Shown here piece by piece: positions 1 to 9,299 of a stretch of DNA of 64,000 bases. Positions within the stretch are counted from its first letter, which is position 1. Every line of letters begins with the position of its first letter. The stretch covers positions 3,584,001 to 3,648,000 of the forward strand of contig CBDFJF010000002.1 in the NCBI GenBank assembly GCA_965248265.1, in the 5' to 3' direction. A model generated the notes under the pieces. The model saw only the letters and a list, made by a program, of their open reading frames with translations. It was not told the origin of the DNA and ran no database searches. The position numbers and the translations under genes are program-made. This stretch comes from Candidatus Latescibacterota bacterium (lineage in GTDB: Bacteria > Latescibacterota > UBA2968 > UBA8231).

Positions 1-256
1 GGTCCGGTTCGAGTTGAGAAAATTTCAGGAGTGTCTGCAGCAGACAAACAGGCCCCCGCTGAAAGATCCTTGTGTTGCACATCTTCGGACTGCGATCATA
101 TGTCTTTCCATTCAAAATCAAATACAGGACAAAAAGACGGCGACAACAGTGAAGTACGTTTTTGATAGATTGAACTCCCTGCTGAAGAGGACCGATCTGA
201 TATTCCAAAACACCACTGATATTCCGCCCATGCAGCACCCATCCGGAGGCCAATAA

Positions 257-2206
257 ATGTTCGAAAAGATCTACGTCCCTCTTGATAACTCTGACCACTC
301 GATGACGAGCGCTGAGCTGGCGATCGATCTGGCGAAGAGATTCGGCTCAGAGCTGGTGGGCTGCCATGCCTATGCTGCGAGGATGCACGACATCCGATTC
401 AGGCAAATGGAGTTTACGCTGCCTTCAGAATACCAGGTGGAAGAAGAGATGGAGAAGCAGCGAAACATCCACGACACGTTGATCACGATGGGATTAGAGC
501 TCATTTCGGATTCCTATTTGGAGGTCATGAAAAAGAGATGCGAGAGCGAGAAGCTTCCCTTCGAACAGAAGATGATGGACGGCAAAAACTTTAAGGTCCT
601 TGTCGATGACATCAACAACAGCGATTACGACCTGGTAATCCTGGGTGCGCTGGGGCTTGGCGCGGTGCGGGATAGTATGATCGGCAGCGTCTGTGAAAGG
701 GTGGTTAGAAGAACCAAGACCGATACACTCGTGATCAAGAACACTTCTCCCCTCGAAGATCAACTCAGTGCAAACGGCAATGGCGAGGTCAAGCATGAAC
801 TTGGCAATGGAGGCAAGATCGTTGTCTGCGTCGACGGCAGCCCTGAGTCCTTTGCCGGGCTTCGAACGGCCATCTCCCTCGGGAGGGCTGTAAACAAAGA
901 AGTGGAGGCCATCGCCGTTTACGATCCCTACCTGCACTATACCATGTTCAACAGCATCGTGAATGTCTTAACCGACAAGGCATCAAAAGTTTTCAAATTC
1001 AAAGAACAAGAACAGCTGCACGAAGATGTGATCGACACGGGCCTGGCACAGATATATCACTCCCACCTGGAGGTGGCGCGAAAGATCGCCAAGGAAGACG
1101 ACATCGACTTGAAGATAACTCTTCTCGATGGTAAGGCCTTTGAGAAGATTATCCAATATGTCAGACGAGAGAGACCATGGCTCCTGGTCATAGGACGGAT
1201 TGGTGTGCACAGCGATGAGGATATGGATGTTGGCAGCAATAGCGAAAATCTTCTTCGCTTGGCGCCCTGCAACGTTTTTCTCTCCAGCAAGAGATTTATC
1301 CCGGCCATCGATGTTCAGGCGGAAGAATCGATGACCTGGACCGAAACGGCTACCGCACTGTTGAATACCGCTCCGGAAGCGGTCAGGGGCATTGCCCGCA
1401 CGACCATACACAGGTGGGCCATGGAACGGGGGCATTCGGTCATAACGAGGAAAGTGATCGAGAAATCAATGGCTAGCATATTGCCGGAAAAAGCGATGAG
1501 GGCCATGGGGATCATCGCCGAGGAAGTCGCCATAGAAAAAGGAAATCTACTGGAGTCAGAGACCTATGTCTGTCGTGAGTGCGGCTATGCCGCCCGCGAC
1601 GTGGACCCGGTGGTCTGCCCGGTCTGCAATGGACCGGCAGAAGGATTCCAGAAGATCGACAAACAGGCAATTGAGAATCTGGCACCGCTGGAAGGAGACA
1701 TCGAAGAAGAAAAGACCTTCGACAACTTGAAATTGAAATGGACCAGCGAAGCAAAACAAGCTTTACACGGTGTGCCATCTGGCTACCAGAGAAGAAGGGC
1801 GAGAGCGCAAATCGAAAAGAGCGTCAGGGTGCGCAAGCTTCCGGCCATCACCAGGGAGCTGGTTTTTGAGGTTGCCGGGGACATTATCGAAGAGACCAAA
1901 AACCTGGAAGAGCGCGGCCGACTAAAGAAGGAGATGGTTTCCAGCACAGAAAGTGTTTTGGAGCAACACGCCATTCAGGATGGCAAATTTCGATGGAGCG
2001 CTTCCGCCGTGGCTAGGCTGAATCGCGTCCCTGAAGGATTCATGCGTGATCAGACAAAGGATCGAATCATAAATTGCGCCGAAAAGAAATCTGTGGACCT
2101 GGTAACCTTGGAAATCGCCGAGGAGGGGATTGCGGAAAGCCGGAACATCATGGCGGAGACGATAAAAAGGGACAGCAAAGATAAAGGTGAATCCCCCAAC
2201 AAATAA
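257..2206 (+). CDS. Multidomain universal stress protein: 2x USP, rubredoxin-like CxxC...CxxC, 3x PCP_red-like domains
   Basis: USP starts KIYVPLDNSDHS and KIVVCVDGSPES, each with G-x2-G-x9-GS. CRECGY...CPVCN. Three W(T/S)xxA..L..(A/V)P repeats. RBS GGAGG upstream. Confidence 0.85.
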   Translation: MFEKIYVPLDNSDHSMTSAELAIDLAKRFGSELVGCHAYAARMHDIRFRQMEFTLPSEYQVEEEMEKQRNIHDTLITMGLELISDSYLEVMKKRCESEKLPFEQKMMDGKNFKVLVDDINNSDYDLVILGALGLGAVRDSMIGSVCERVVRRTKTDTLVIKNTSPLEDQLSANGNGEVKHELGNGGKIVVCVDGSPESFAGLRTAISLGRAVNKEVEAIAVYDPYLHYTMFNSIVNVLTDKASKVFKFKEQEQLHEDVIDTGLAQIYHSHLEVARKIAKEDDIDLKITLLDGKAFEKIIQYVRRERPWLLVIGRIGVHSDEDMDVGSNSENLLRLAPCNVFLSSKRFIPAIDVQAEESMTWTETATALLNTAPEAVRGIARTTIHRWAMERGHSVITRKVIEKSMASILPEKAMRAMGIIAEEVAIEKGNLLESETYVCRECGYAARDVDPVVCPVCNGPAEGFQKIDKQAIENLAPLEGDIEEEKTFDNLKLKWTSEAKQALHGVPSGYQRRRARAQIEKSVRVRKLPAITRELVFEVAGDIIEETKNLEERGRLKKEMVSSTESVLEQHAIQDGKFRWSASAVARLNRVPEGFMRDQTKDRIINCAEKKSVDLVTLEIAEEGIAESRNIMAETIKRDSKDKGESPNK

Positions 2207-2240
2207 TGAAGGCTCCAATCCGCTCTCTCTGCGTTAGAAA

Positions 2241-3128
2241 ATGAAAACCTACAAAGACATAGCCGGCGATGGCGGATCGAATATTGTCGAGCAGGTCACC
2301 GCGCAGCAACACCGCGTGCAGTCGAGGATGGCCTCCGTGCGCCATATTGTTGCCGTTATGAGCGGCAAGGGCGGAGTCGGAAAGAGCTCAGTTGTCGTAA
2401 ATCTTGCCTCGGCCTTCGCGCTTGAGGATTACTCCGTGGGAATATTGGATGCCGATATCAACGGTTCCTCTATACCAAAGATGACCGGTGTTCGCGGACG
2501 GCCGCTGGAGACCGGTGAAACCGGAATAATGCCCATGGCGGCCGCTCGTAATCTCAAGGTCATGTCGATTGATCTGTTTTTGCCTGATGACAGCACCCCG
2601 GTTATTTGGGACGCTCCCACGCAGAAGGACGCTTACACCTGGCGCGGCATGATGGAGACGGCGGCAATCCGGGAATTCCTGTCCGACACGGAATGGGGCG
2701 AGTTGGATTTCTTATTCATTGACTTGCCGCCAGGAACAGACAAACTGCCAAATATGTTAGACCTGCTCCCGCAAATTTCGGGTACCATCATTGTGACGAT
2801 CCCATCAGAACTGTCCCAGTTCGTTGTCGGTAAGTCAATCACAATGGCGAAGGAATTGCTTCAGACACCGGTAATCGGCTTGGTCGAGAATATGTCGGCA
2901 CATATTTGCAGTCGATGTGGCCATGAGGAGGAATTGTTTCCGGGAAGAATCGTCGAGGGGCTGGCGGAACAACATGATGTGCCGTATCTGGGCAGGATTC
3001 CGTTCGACCCGAGAATGGCTGTTTGTGCTGATGAAGGTTTGCTCTATATGGAAGAGCACGGCGACTTACCGGCTACCAATGCGATAGGGCAAATTGCTCA
3101 AAGGGTAGGTGAGTTTTTGAAACAATAG
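2241..3128 (+). CDS. mrp: Mrp/NBP35 (ApbC-like) P-loop ATPase, Fe-S carrier family
   Basis: SGKGGVGKS, LDADINGSS, WRG, WGELDFLFIDLPPGT, GLVENMS..CSRC. Confidence 0.9.
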   Translation: MKTYKDIAGDGGSNIVEQVTAQQHRVQSRMASVRHIVAVMSGKGGVGKSSVVVNLASAFALEDYSVGILDADINGSSIPKMTGVRGRPLETGETGIMPMAAARNLKVMSIDLFLPDDSTPVIWDAPTQKDAYTWRGMMETAAIREFLSDTEWGELDFLFIDLPPGTDKLPNMLDLLPQISGTIIVTIPSELSQFVVGKSITMAKELLQTPVIGLVENMSAHICSRCGHEEELFPGRIVEGLAEQHDVPYLGRIPFDPRMAVCADEGLLYMEEHGDLPATNAIGQIAQRVGEFLKQ

Positions 3129-3223
3129 AACGCGGATGACACAGATTTACGCTGATTGTCGCGGATGAAATGCCAGACATCGAATCCGCGTAGATCCGTA
3201 TGACCTGTGTAATCCGTGCTATT
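3124..3223. repeat. REP-like imperfect inverted repeat (intergenic)
   Basis: aatagaacgcggatgacacagatttacgctgattgtcgcggat pairs imperfectly with atccgcgtagatccgtatgacctgtgtaatccgtgctatt. Internal ~9-nt periodicity. Confidence 0.6.
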
Positions 3224-3236
3224 ATGAACGGAGTAA

Positions 3237-3746
3237 ATGATGAAATTCTTATGCGTGGAATGTGACGAGCCCATGAAGCTGAAGGACACCAAAGGCCCCG
3301 ATAACGGCTCCATGACGGTTGTCTTCGCTTGCCCCAAATGCGAACGGCAAATCGCCATGCTGACCAACCAAATGGAAACGCAAATGGTTCGCTCGCTTGA
3401 TGTGAAGCTTGGTGGAGGCCCAACTCTGGCAGAGCCCATGGGGACCCTTAGGAGTTCTTTGGCCCAAAAAAGCGACGATGTAGTCACATCATCGATTCAT
3501 TCTCATCAGGAAACAGACCAAAAGGAGTCAGGTTCCAAATGTCCGTTTACCGGTGCTGTTGCCGATGCCTTCGAAACCTCTGGCGAAATCGTCTGGACCC
3601 AGGAGGCCGAGGAACGTCTTAGCAGAATCCCACCATTTGCCAGATCCATGGCCAAGCAGGGAATTGAACGGCACGCCCGCGAAAGGGGATATAAAAAAAT
3701 AAGTGATGCGGTGATGGAGGAAGTGAGGGATCAGTTCGCAATGTGA
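3237..3746 (+). CDS. Zn-ribbon + C-terminal PCP_red-like domain protein
   Basis: CVEC...CPKC, a CPF motif, and C-terminal WTQEAEERLSRIPPFARSMAKQGIERHARERG. Confidence 0.8.
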   Translation: MMKFLCVECDEPMKLKDTKGPDNGSMTVVFACPKCERQIAMLTNQMETQMVRSLDVKLGGGPTLAEPMGTLRSSLAQKSDDVVTSSIHSHQETDQKESGSKCPFTGAVADAFETSGEIVWTQEAEERLSRIPPFARSMAKQGIERHARERGYKKISDAVMEEVRDQFAM

Positions 3747-3821
3747 AGGTCAGTTGGCATTGCAGCAGTCGCCCGAGGAGCCTGAATCTGGAGCGGTCTA
3801 ATCAACTGAACTGTACGGCAG

Positions 3822-4382
3822 TTGCCGATGTCATCCTCTAGAACGATACATCTGACCCCGAAGCAGTTTGGCGCCACCAATGCCATCGTGACGCTCACTG
3901 CGATGAGCTTCCTCGTCTGGTTGATCTACTTCCACGAGGGGAATGACAGCGCTTCGCAGGGCGCCCAGCTACCCCTGATCAACGCGATCCTGAACGGCAC
4001 CAGCGCGGTGTTGATCTCGGTGGGGCTGTGGGCGATCAAGCAGCGTAAGCGCACACTGCACATGCAGCTGATGCTCGCTGCGTTCGCGTCGTCGGCGCTG
4101 TTTCTGGTGAACTACATCTACTACCATTTTTCTCACGGGGATACACACTTCGCGGGGCAGGGTATCATCCGGCCCATCTACTTCACGGTGCTCATCAGCC
4201 ACATTCTGCTATCTATGGTGACCTTCCCGATGATCTTGACGTCATTGTATCTGGGACTGAGCAATCGTCTGGTAACCCATCGCCGCCTATCCAAGTGGAC
4301 GTGGGTGGGGTGGATGTATGTCTCGGTCACGGGAATTGTGATCTATTTCATGCTCCACGTGATCGGCTGGGAGTTGAGCTGA
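3822..4382 (+). CDS. DUF420 family membrane protein (oxidase-associated)
   Basis: LPLINAILN, H..LM..AF..SALFLVNYIYYH, YFTVLISHILL, HRRLSKWT..WMYVSVTG. Confidence 0.85.
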   Translation: MPMSSSRTIHLTPKQFGATNAIVTLTAMSFLVWLIYFHEGNDSASQGAQLPLINAILNGTSAVLISVGLWAIKQRKRTLHMQLMLAAFASSALFLVNYIYYHFSHGDTHFAGQGIIRPIYFTVLISHILLSMVTFPMILTSLYLGLSNRLVTHRRLSKWTWVGWMYVSVTGIVIYFMLHVIGWELS

Positions 4383-4530
4383 AACGACTCCGCTACGGCG
4401 TTGTCCCAGTAGTCCCCCTTTCGCTCTTCACGAAGCCGCGCCGGGCAATCCAACGGGTAAAACGAGTGCAGGCGTAATGGACGCCACGATCGTAGTGGAT
4501 GATCAGGCCTCTCGGTAGGACGCCGATGGA
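4381..4530 (-). mobile_element. Degenerate IS3-family transposase (integrase core) fragment
   Basis: Minus strand reads GLIIHYDRGVHYACTRF, then after a frameshift RKGDYWDNAVAESF. These match the IS3 HSDRGxQY and GxxWDNAxxESF motifs. Confidence 0.75.
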
Positions 4531-4912
4531 GGAATACGCTCGGAGAAGGGCAGCCCAACAAACATCATGAAGTCCACCTTAACTTCGCTGCCCGGCTGTC
4601 CAAAGGATGGGGACCACCTCTGCCCAGGGTCCCAGATGGTATCCGGGGTGCATAGGGCGCCGATGGCCCGCCAGGAAGCACTTGACCCACCGCCAAAAAG
4701 AGGCTTTGTTTGTCCACAAGCATTCACCTCCCTGGTAGCCAGCGAAGGCCGCGGAATTTGGCTGAGTTGGTGGAGTACGCCTGGGCAGCCGTCAGGATTC
4801 GGGAGCACTGAAGGGACCACCTCGCTGCCGCGTCCAAGACGGATGGCGAAGACGGACGATTGAGCTACAGCTTGATAACCAATATCTTCGAAAGAAAAAA
4901 GGGAGCTTTTTT

Positions 4913-5566
4913 ATGCTAGATTGGTTACCAGAAAATATATCAACCTATGGAGCAGAGATCGACTCTCTTTTCTATCTGCTGTACTATATCACTTTAGCAA
5001 CCTTCATACTGGTGGCGGGAGCCATGGTCGTATTCATGATCAAGTACCGTCACCGCGAGGGACACCGGGCGAAATATATCCACGGGCACGCTGGTCTAGA
5101 GATTACATGGACTGTTCTTACTGCTGTGACCGTGATTGCATTTGCTTTGATTAGCGCGCCACTGTGGGCCAAGATAAAGCAAGATGTACCCTCTTATGAC
5201 ATTCAAATTCAGGTAACCGGCAAGCAGTTCAACTGGGATGTTCTCTATCCCGGCCCTGACGGAGAGTTTGGTACATCGGATGATCTCGAAATAGAAAACA
5301 TGGTCCACGTTCCGGTCAATAAGGTTGTGAAGGTTCTCCTTACATCGAAGGATGTTATTCACAGTTTCTTCGTGCCGGCCCTGCGCCTGAAGCAGGATAG
5401 CCTACCGGGCCGGAAGATCAATTCATGGTTCGAAGCGACCAAGACGGGAACATATGAGATACCCTGTGCCGAATTGTGTGGATTCGGACACTCCGGAATG
5501 CTCGGTTATCTAATCGTGCACACGGATGAAGATTATGCATCATGGGTGCAGGAGAATTGGCCGTAG
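4913..5566 (+). CDS. coxB: Cytochrome c oxidase subunit II (CuA, no fused cytochrome c)
   Basis: DVIHSFFVP and CAELCGFGHSGM CuA ligands; two TM helices; no CxxCH. Confidence 0.95.
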   Translation: MLDWLPENISTYGAEIDSLFYLLYYITLATFILVAGAMVVFMIKYRHREGHRAKYIHGHAGLEITWTVLTAVTVIAFALISAPLWAKIKQDVPSYDIQIQVTGKQFNWDVLYPGPDGEFGTSDDLEIENMVHVPVNKVVKVLLTSKDVIHSFFVPALRLKQDSLPGRKINSWFEATKTGTYEIPCAELCGFGHSGMLGYLIVHTDEDYASWVQENWP

Positions 5567-5694
5567 CCGCAGTCGAGGGACTCAGAGTAGACCACGGATC
5601 GGAATCCTGGACATCAACTAGCCGGATCGAACTCAGGTCAGCAAAAAACCAATTAATTACCGACAGAGTTCAACTTAACACAGAGGGATGCCCC

Positions 5695-7539
5695 ATGGAG
5701 GGATCTACCGCTACGAAAGAAACACATGAAGCACATGCCCACGAGGAACTTGGATTTGTGCGTACCTACATTTTCTCGACCGATCACAAGATGATAGGAA
5801 AGCAGTTTCTCTTCTTAGGTCTGTTCATGATGATTATTGGAGGCGGGCTGGCGCTAATGTTGCGCTGGCAACTGGGCTATCCCGAGGAACCGCTACCACT
5901 GGTAGGAGTGTCACAAGAGTTCCTGTCGACGGATGAACCTCAAACCGCGGCGGACAGAATGTGGCAGCAGTGGGACGAAGAAGGTACGGAGAATTGGATG
6001 GTTGAAACCATGCCTTACGGTGTCATGACCGCCGCGTTCTACAACATGGTCTTCACCATGCATGCCACTATAATGATCTTCTTTGTAATCATGCCGATAC
6101 TGGTGGGTTGTTTTGGCAACTTCCTCATCCCTCTCATGCTCGGCGCCCGTGATATGGCTTTCCCGAAGCTCAACATGGCTTCATTCTGGGTCGGTGCGGT
6201 ATCGGGAATTGTGATGCTGGCAGGATTCTTCGTCACCGGCGGACATGCATCCACCGGGTGGACCGCGTATGCGCCGCTGTCCTCTAACGCTACGTGGACC
6301 GGTGTGGATTGGGGACAAAATCTATGGTGTATCAGCATCATTATTCTCGCCATTTCATCCATGATGGGAGCGATAAACTACATCACTACGACCATCAACA
6401 TGCGTGCACCTGGGATGACTCTCATGCGCATGCCGCTCGTCATCTGGTCACTTTTCATCGTGGCTATTCTTCTCCTGTTAGCGCTACCAGTGTTGACCTC
6501 GGCCTTGGCGCTGCTCTTGTTCGACCGCATGGGTGGGACAAGCTTCTTCTCTCCGGCAGGCGGTGGTGAACCCCTCCTCTGGCAGCACCTCTTCTGGTTC
6601 TTCGGACATCCAGAGGTCTACGTTCTTATAGTTCCTGCGATGGGGATTACGTCAGATGTATTGTCCGTTTTTTCTCGCAAGCCAGTTTTCGGCTATCATG
6701 CCATGGTATACGCGATGGTTTCTCTCGCTTTACTCTCCTGGGTTGTCTGGGGTCACCATATGTTCATGAGTGGAATGAATCCCGCACTTGGCATGGCCTT
6801 CATGTTGTCTACTATGGTGATCGCGGTGCCGTCGGCGATCAAGACGTTCAACTGGCTTGGCACTATATGGGGTGGTTCAATCCAGTTCACAACGCCGATG
6901 CTGAACGCGCTGGCATTTGTGGCGATGTTTGTGATTGGAGGATTGAGTGGTATACACATGGCAATCACGCCGGTGGATATATTTATCCACGATACCTACT
7001 ACATCGTTGCACATATCCACTACGTCGTTTTTGGTGGAAGTGTCTTCGGTTTGTTCGCTGGTCTTTACTTCTGGTTCCCGAAGATGTTCGGTCGCCTGAT
7101 GAATGAGTCTCTTGGGAAGATTCACTTCTGGCTAACCTTCATCTTCTTCAACTGTACATTCATCCCGATGCACCTTATCGGAGTGGGTGGACATATGCGG
7201 CGAATCTACAATCCAATGCAGTATGAGTTCCTGCAGCCGATGCAACCAATGAACGAATTCATTACTGTGAGTGCATTCTGTCTTGGAGCAGCGCAACTCG
7301 TGTTAGTGTACAATTTCTGCTGGAGCCTGTATCGCGGGAAAAAAGCGGAGCACAATCCATGGCAGGCAAATACGCTCGAATGGGGAGCCCCATCGCCACC
7401 CCCGCATCTCAATTGGGGCGAAACGATTCCATCAGTCTATCGCGGTCCGTACGAATACAGTTCTCCGGAAGTCACCGAGGACTGGCTGCCACAGGACAAA
7501 CAGCTTCAGCAGGCGACAGCGGGTGGTGGCAGTGATTAG
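5695..7539 (+). CDS. coxA: Cytochrome c oxidase subunit I, A1 type (ATG at 5695 preferred over ORF start 5542)
   Basis: TDHKMIG, TMHATIMIF, WFFGHPEVY, WGHHMF, PSAIK, VAHIHYV; GAGGG RBS before 5695. Confidence 0.97.
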   Translation: MEGSTATKETHEAHAHEELGFVRTYIFSTDHKMIGKQFLFLGLFMMIIGGGLALMLRWQLGYPEEPLPLVGVSQEFLSTDEPQTAADRMWQQWDEEGTENWMVETMPYGVMTAAFYNMVFTMHATIMIFFVIMPILVGCFGNFLIPLMLGARDMAFPKLNMASFWVGAVSGIVMLAGFFVTGGHASTGWTAYAPLSSNATWTGVDWGQNLWCISIIILAISSMMGAINYITTTINMRAPGMTLMRMPLVIWSLFIVAILLLLALPVLTSALALLLFDRMGGTSFFSPAGGGEPLLWQHLFWFFGHPEVYVLIVPAMGITSDVLSVFSRKPVFGYHAMVYAMVSLALLSWVVWGHHMFMSGMNPALGMAFMLSTMVIAVPSAIKTFNWLGTIWGGSIQFTTPMLNALAFVAMFVIGGLSGIHMAITPVDIFIHDTYYIVAHIHYVVFGGSVFGLFAGLYFWFPKMFGRLMNESLGKIHFWLTFIFFNCTFIPMHLIGVGGHMRRIYNPMQYEFLQPMQPMNEFITVSAFCLGAAQLVLVYNFCWSLYRGKKAEHNPWQANTLEWGAPSPPPHLNWGETIPSVYRGPYEYSSPEVTEDWLPQDKQLQQATAGGGSD

Positions 7540-8398
7540 AAGTACGACGTCGGATTTCCTCGCGCTCACCAAGCCGCGACTAGTTCTGATGGTGTTGGTT
7601 ACCACGCTTGCCGGCTACTATCTTGGCTCCTTGGGAGAGTTTGATTGGATTCGTTTGCTTAACACGCTTGTCGGAACGGCGCTCGCAGCAGGTGGAACTA
7701 TTGCGTTGAACCAATACATCGAGCGCGATTTGGATGCAAAGATGAAGCGCACTAGACTTCGTCCCTTGCCTGACGGACGACTACGGCCCGACGGGGCTCT
7801 GGTATTTGGTATAGTGATTTCCGTCGGCGGAGCGCTGTATTTATTGTTTACGGTAAATGCACTTAGTAGCCTTTTAGCGGCCCTAACTGTGAGTAGCTAC
7901 ATCTTCCTCTACACACCCTTGAAGCGGAAGACCTCCTTCTGCACTGTCGCCGGAGCAGTTCCGGGCGCTCTACCGCCAGTGGGCGGCTGGGTCGCGGCAC
8001 AGGGCAGTTTGAGCCTTGAGGCGTGGGTGCTGTTTGCTATTATGTTTTTCTGGCAAGTACCTCATTCGTTAGCTATCGCCTGGTTGTACCGAACTGACTA
8101 CGAGCGGGCAGACTTGAAATTGCTTCCTGTTGTCCACCCTGACGGCAGGAGCACCGGGCACCAGGTTGTGTCTAACTCTTTGGCACTTCTGACTGTGGGA
8201 TTGATACCAACGCTCATGGGGCTTGCAGGCCCGATCTATTTCTTTGTCGCCTTAGTGCTGGGGATCGTGTTCCTGGGGTACGGGGTTAGTTTCGCACTTT
8301 TCCGTTCGACAGTAGCCGCGCGGCGCCTGCTGTTGGCTTCATACCTGTATATTCCACTACAGCTTGGAACGATGTCATTCGACAAAGTACTTTTTTAG
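7523..8398 (+). CDS. cyoE: Protoheme IX farnesyltransferase (heme O synthase)
   Basis: LTKPRL, NQYIERDLDAKMKRTRLRPLP, YTPLKRKT, GAVPGALPP..GW, WQVPH. Confidence 0.95.
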   Translation: MVAVIRSTTSDFLALTKPRLVLMVLVTTLAGYYLGSLGEFDWIRLLNTLVGTALAAGGTIALNQYIERDLDAKMKRTRLRPLPDGRLRPDGALVFGIVISVGGALYLLFTVNALSSLLAALTVSSYIFLYTPLKRKTSFCTVAGAVPGALPPVGGWVAAQGSLSLEAWVLFAIMFFWQVPHSLAIAWLYRTDYERADLKLLPVVHPDGRSTGHQVVSNSLALLTVGLIPTLMGLAGPIYFFVALVLGIVFLGYGVSFALFRSTVAARRLLLASYLYIPLQLGTMSFDKVLF

Positions 8399-8494
8399 TA
8401 GATAGCGCCGCACCCGTGTGCTTCGCTTCGGATTGAGGGGGAGAAACTACCTTGCATAGGTTGTTTCGGGGGAGGAGGTTCTCAGGAGAAGAAT

Positions 8495-8605
8495 GTGGGT
8501 AATCAGGACATACAACAGCAGAACCGACGTGTAAGATTGATCTTAATAGCAATAGTGATTTTGCTCGGTATGATCACGGTAGTCACTGTAATTGTCCGGA
8601 ATTAA
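8495..8605 (+). CDS. 36-aa single-TM small protein inside the cox operon (below the ORF-track cutoff)
   Basis: AGGAG RBS, GTG start, MGNQDIQQQNRRVRLILIAIVILLGMITVVTVIVRN*; ends 7 nt before the next ATG. Confidence 0.65.
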   Translation: MGNQDIQQQNRRVRLILIAIVILLGMITVVTVIVRN

Positions 8606-8612
8606 AGTGTCA

Positions 8613-9284
8613 ATGGGTACAGCCGTAGAAATCGGCCATACGATAGAGGAAGTTGCCGCGATAAGAGGTATTGGATCGCCTCCAATATCTCCTGAGGAAC
8701 CCGACGGTGACAATGGTAATAATGAAGATGAGCCGCTCGTAGGCAATCTGTACATTGGCATGCTGTTGTTCATCGCGGCAGAAGTGATGCTCTTTGCCGG
8801 GCTGATCGGTGCTTTTGTCATATTCCGTTTCGGAAGCTCGGTATGGCCTCCACCACTTCAGGTTCGTCTACCCGTTGAAGTGACCGCTGTCAACACGGGT
8901 ATCTTGCTTTTCAGTGCGTACACCATGTATCGAGCCTGGAGAGCGGCAAGAAGTGGAAATAGGAGTACGCTCTTACGAGGGTTGTGGAGTACAGCAATTC
9001 TTGGAGCAATCTTTCTTGCTGTCCAAGGATACGAGTGGATTCGGCTTCTGAGTTTTGGTCTCACCATGTCATCGAGCGTTTATGGAGCCACTTTTTATAC
9101 ATTGATTGGATGCCATGGTCTTCATGTGTTTGGCGCATTGTGCTGGTTGCTCGTGGTTCTAACGATGGCGAGAAAGAACAGGTTCTCGGCCAAGAAGCAT
9201 GTTGCTTTAGACCTGTGCGGAATGTACTGGAGCTTTGTTACAGTGCTCTGGCCTGTTCTTTATGGGCTTGTTTATCTGAATTGA
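8613..9284 (+). CDS. coxC: Cytochrome c oxidase subunit III family protein (first of two)
   Basis: GMLLFIAAEVMLFAGL, NTGILLFSAYT, QGYEW, FYTLIGCHGLHV, YWSFV. Confidence 0.88.
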   Translation: MGTAVEIGHTIEEVAAIRGIGSPPISPEEPDGDNGNNEDEPLVGNLYIGMLLFIAAEVMLFAGLIGAFVIFRFGSSVWPPPLQVRLPVEVTAVNTGILLFSAYTMYRAWRAARSGNRSTLLRGLWSTAILGAIFLAVQGYEWIRLLSFGLTMSSSVYGATFYTLIGCHGLHVFGALCWLLVVLTMARKNRFSAKKHVALDLCGMYWSFVTVLWPVLYGLVYLN

Positions 9285-9299
9285 GGGGTAAGAAGGCTA

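Noticed and set aside
14-256. 80-aa ORF upstream of the USP gene
   Set aside because: No RBS or motif; looks like promoter/UTR sequence.
257-3746. Chlorophyll biosynthesis (DPOR)
   Set aside because: Only the small PCP_red-like domain is present; no BchN/BchB nitrogenase-like cores or BchL.
4567-4863. 98-aa ORF and a TPP-riboswitch-like fragment (ccagcgaagg)
   Set aside because: The protein has no recognisable features; the TPP CTGAGA and ACCTGAT elements are missing.
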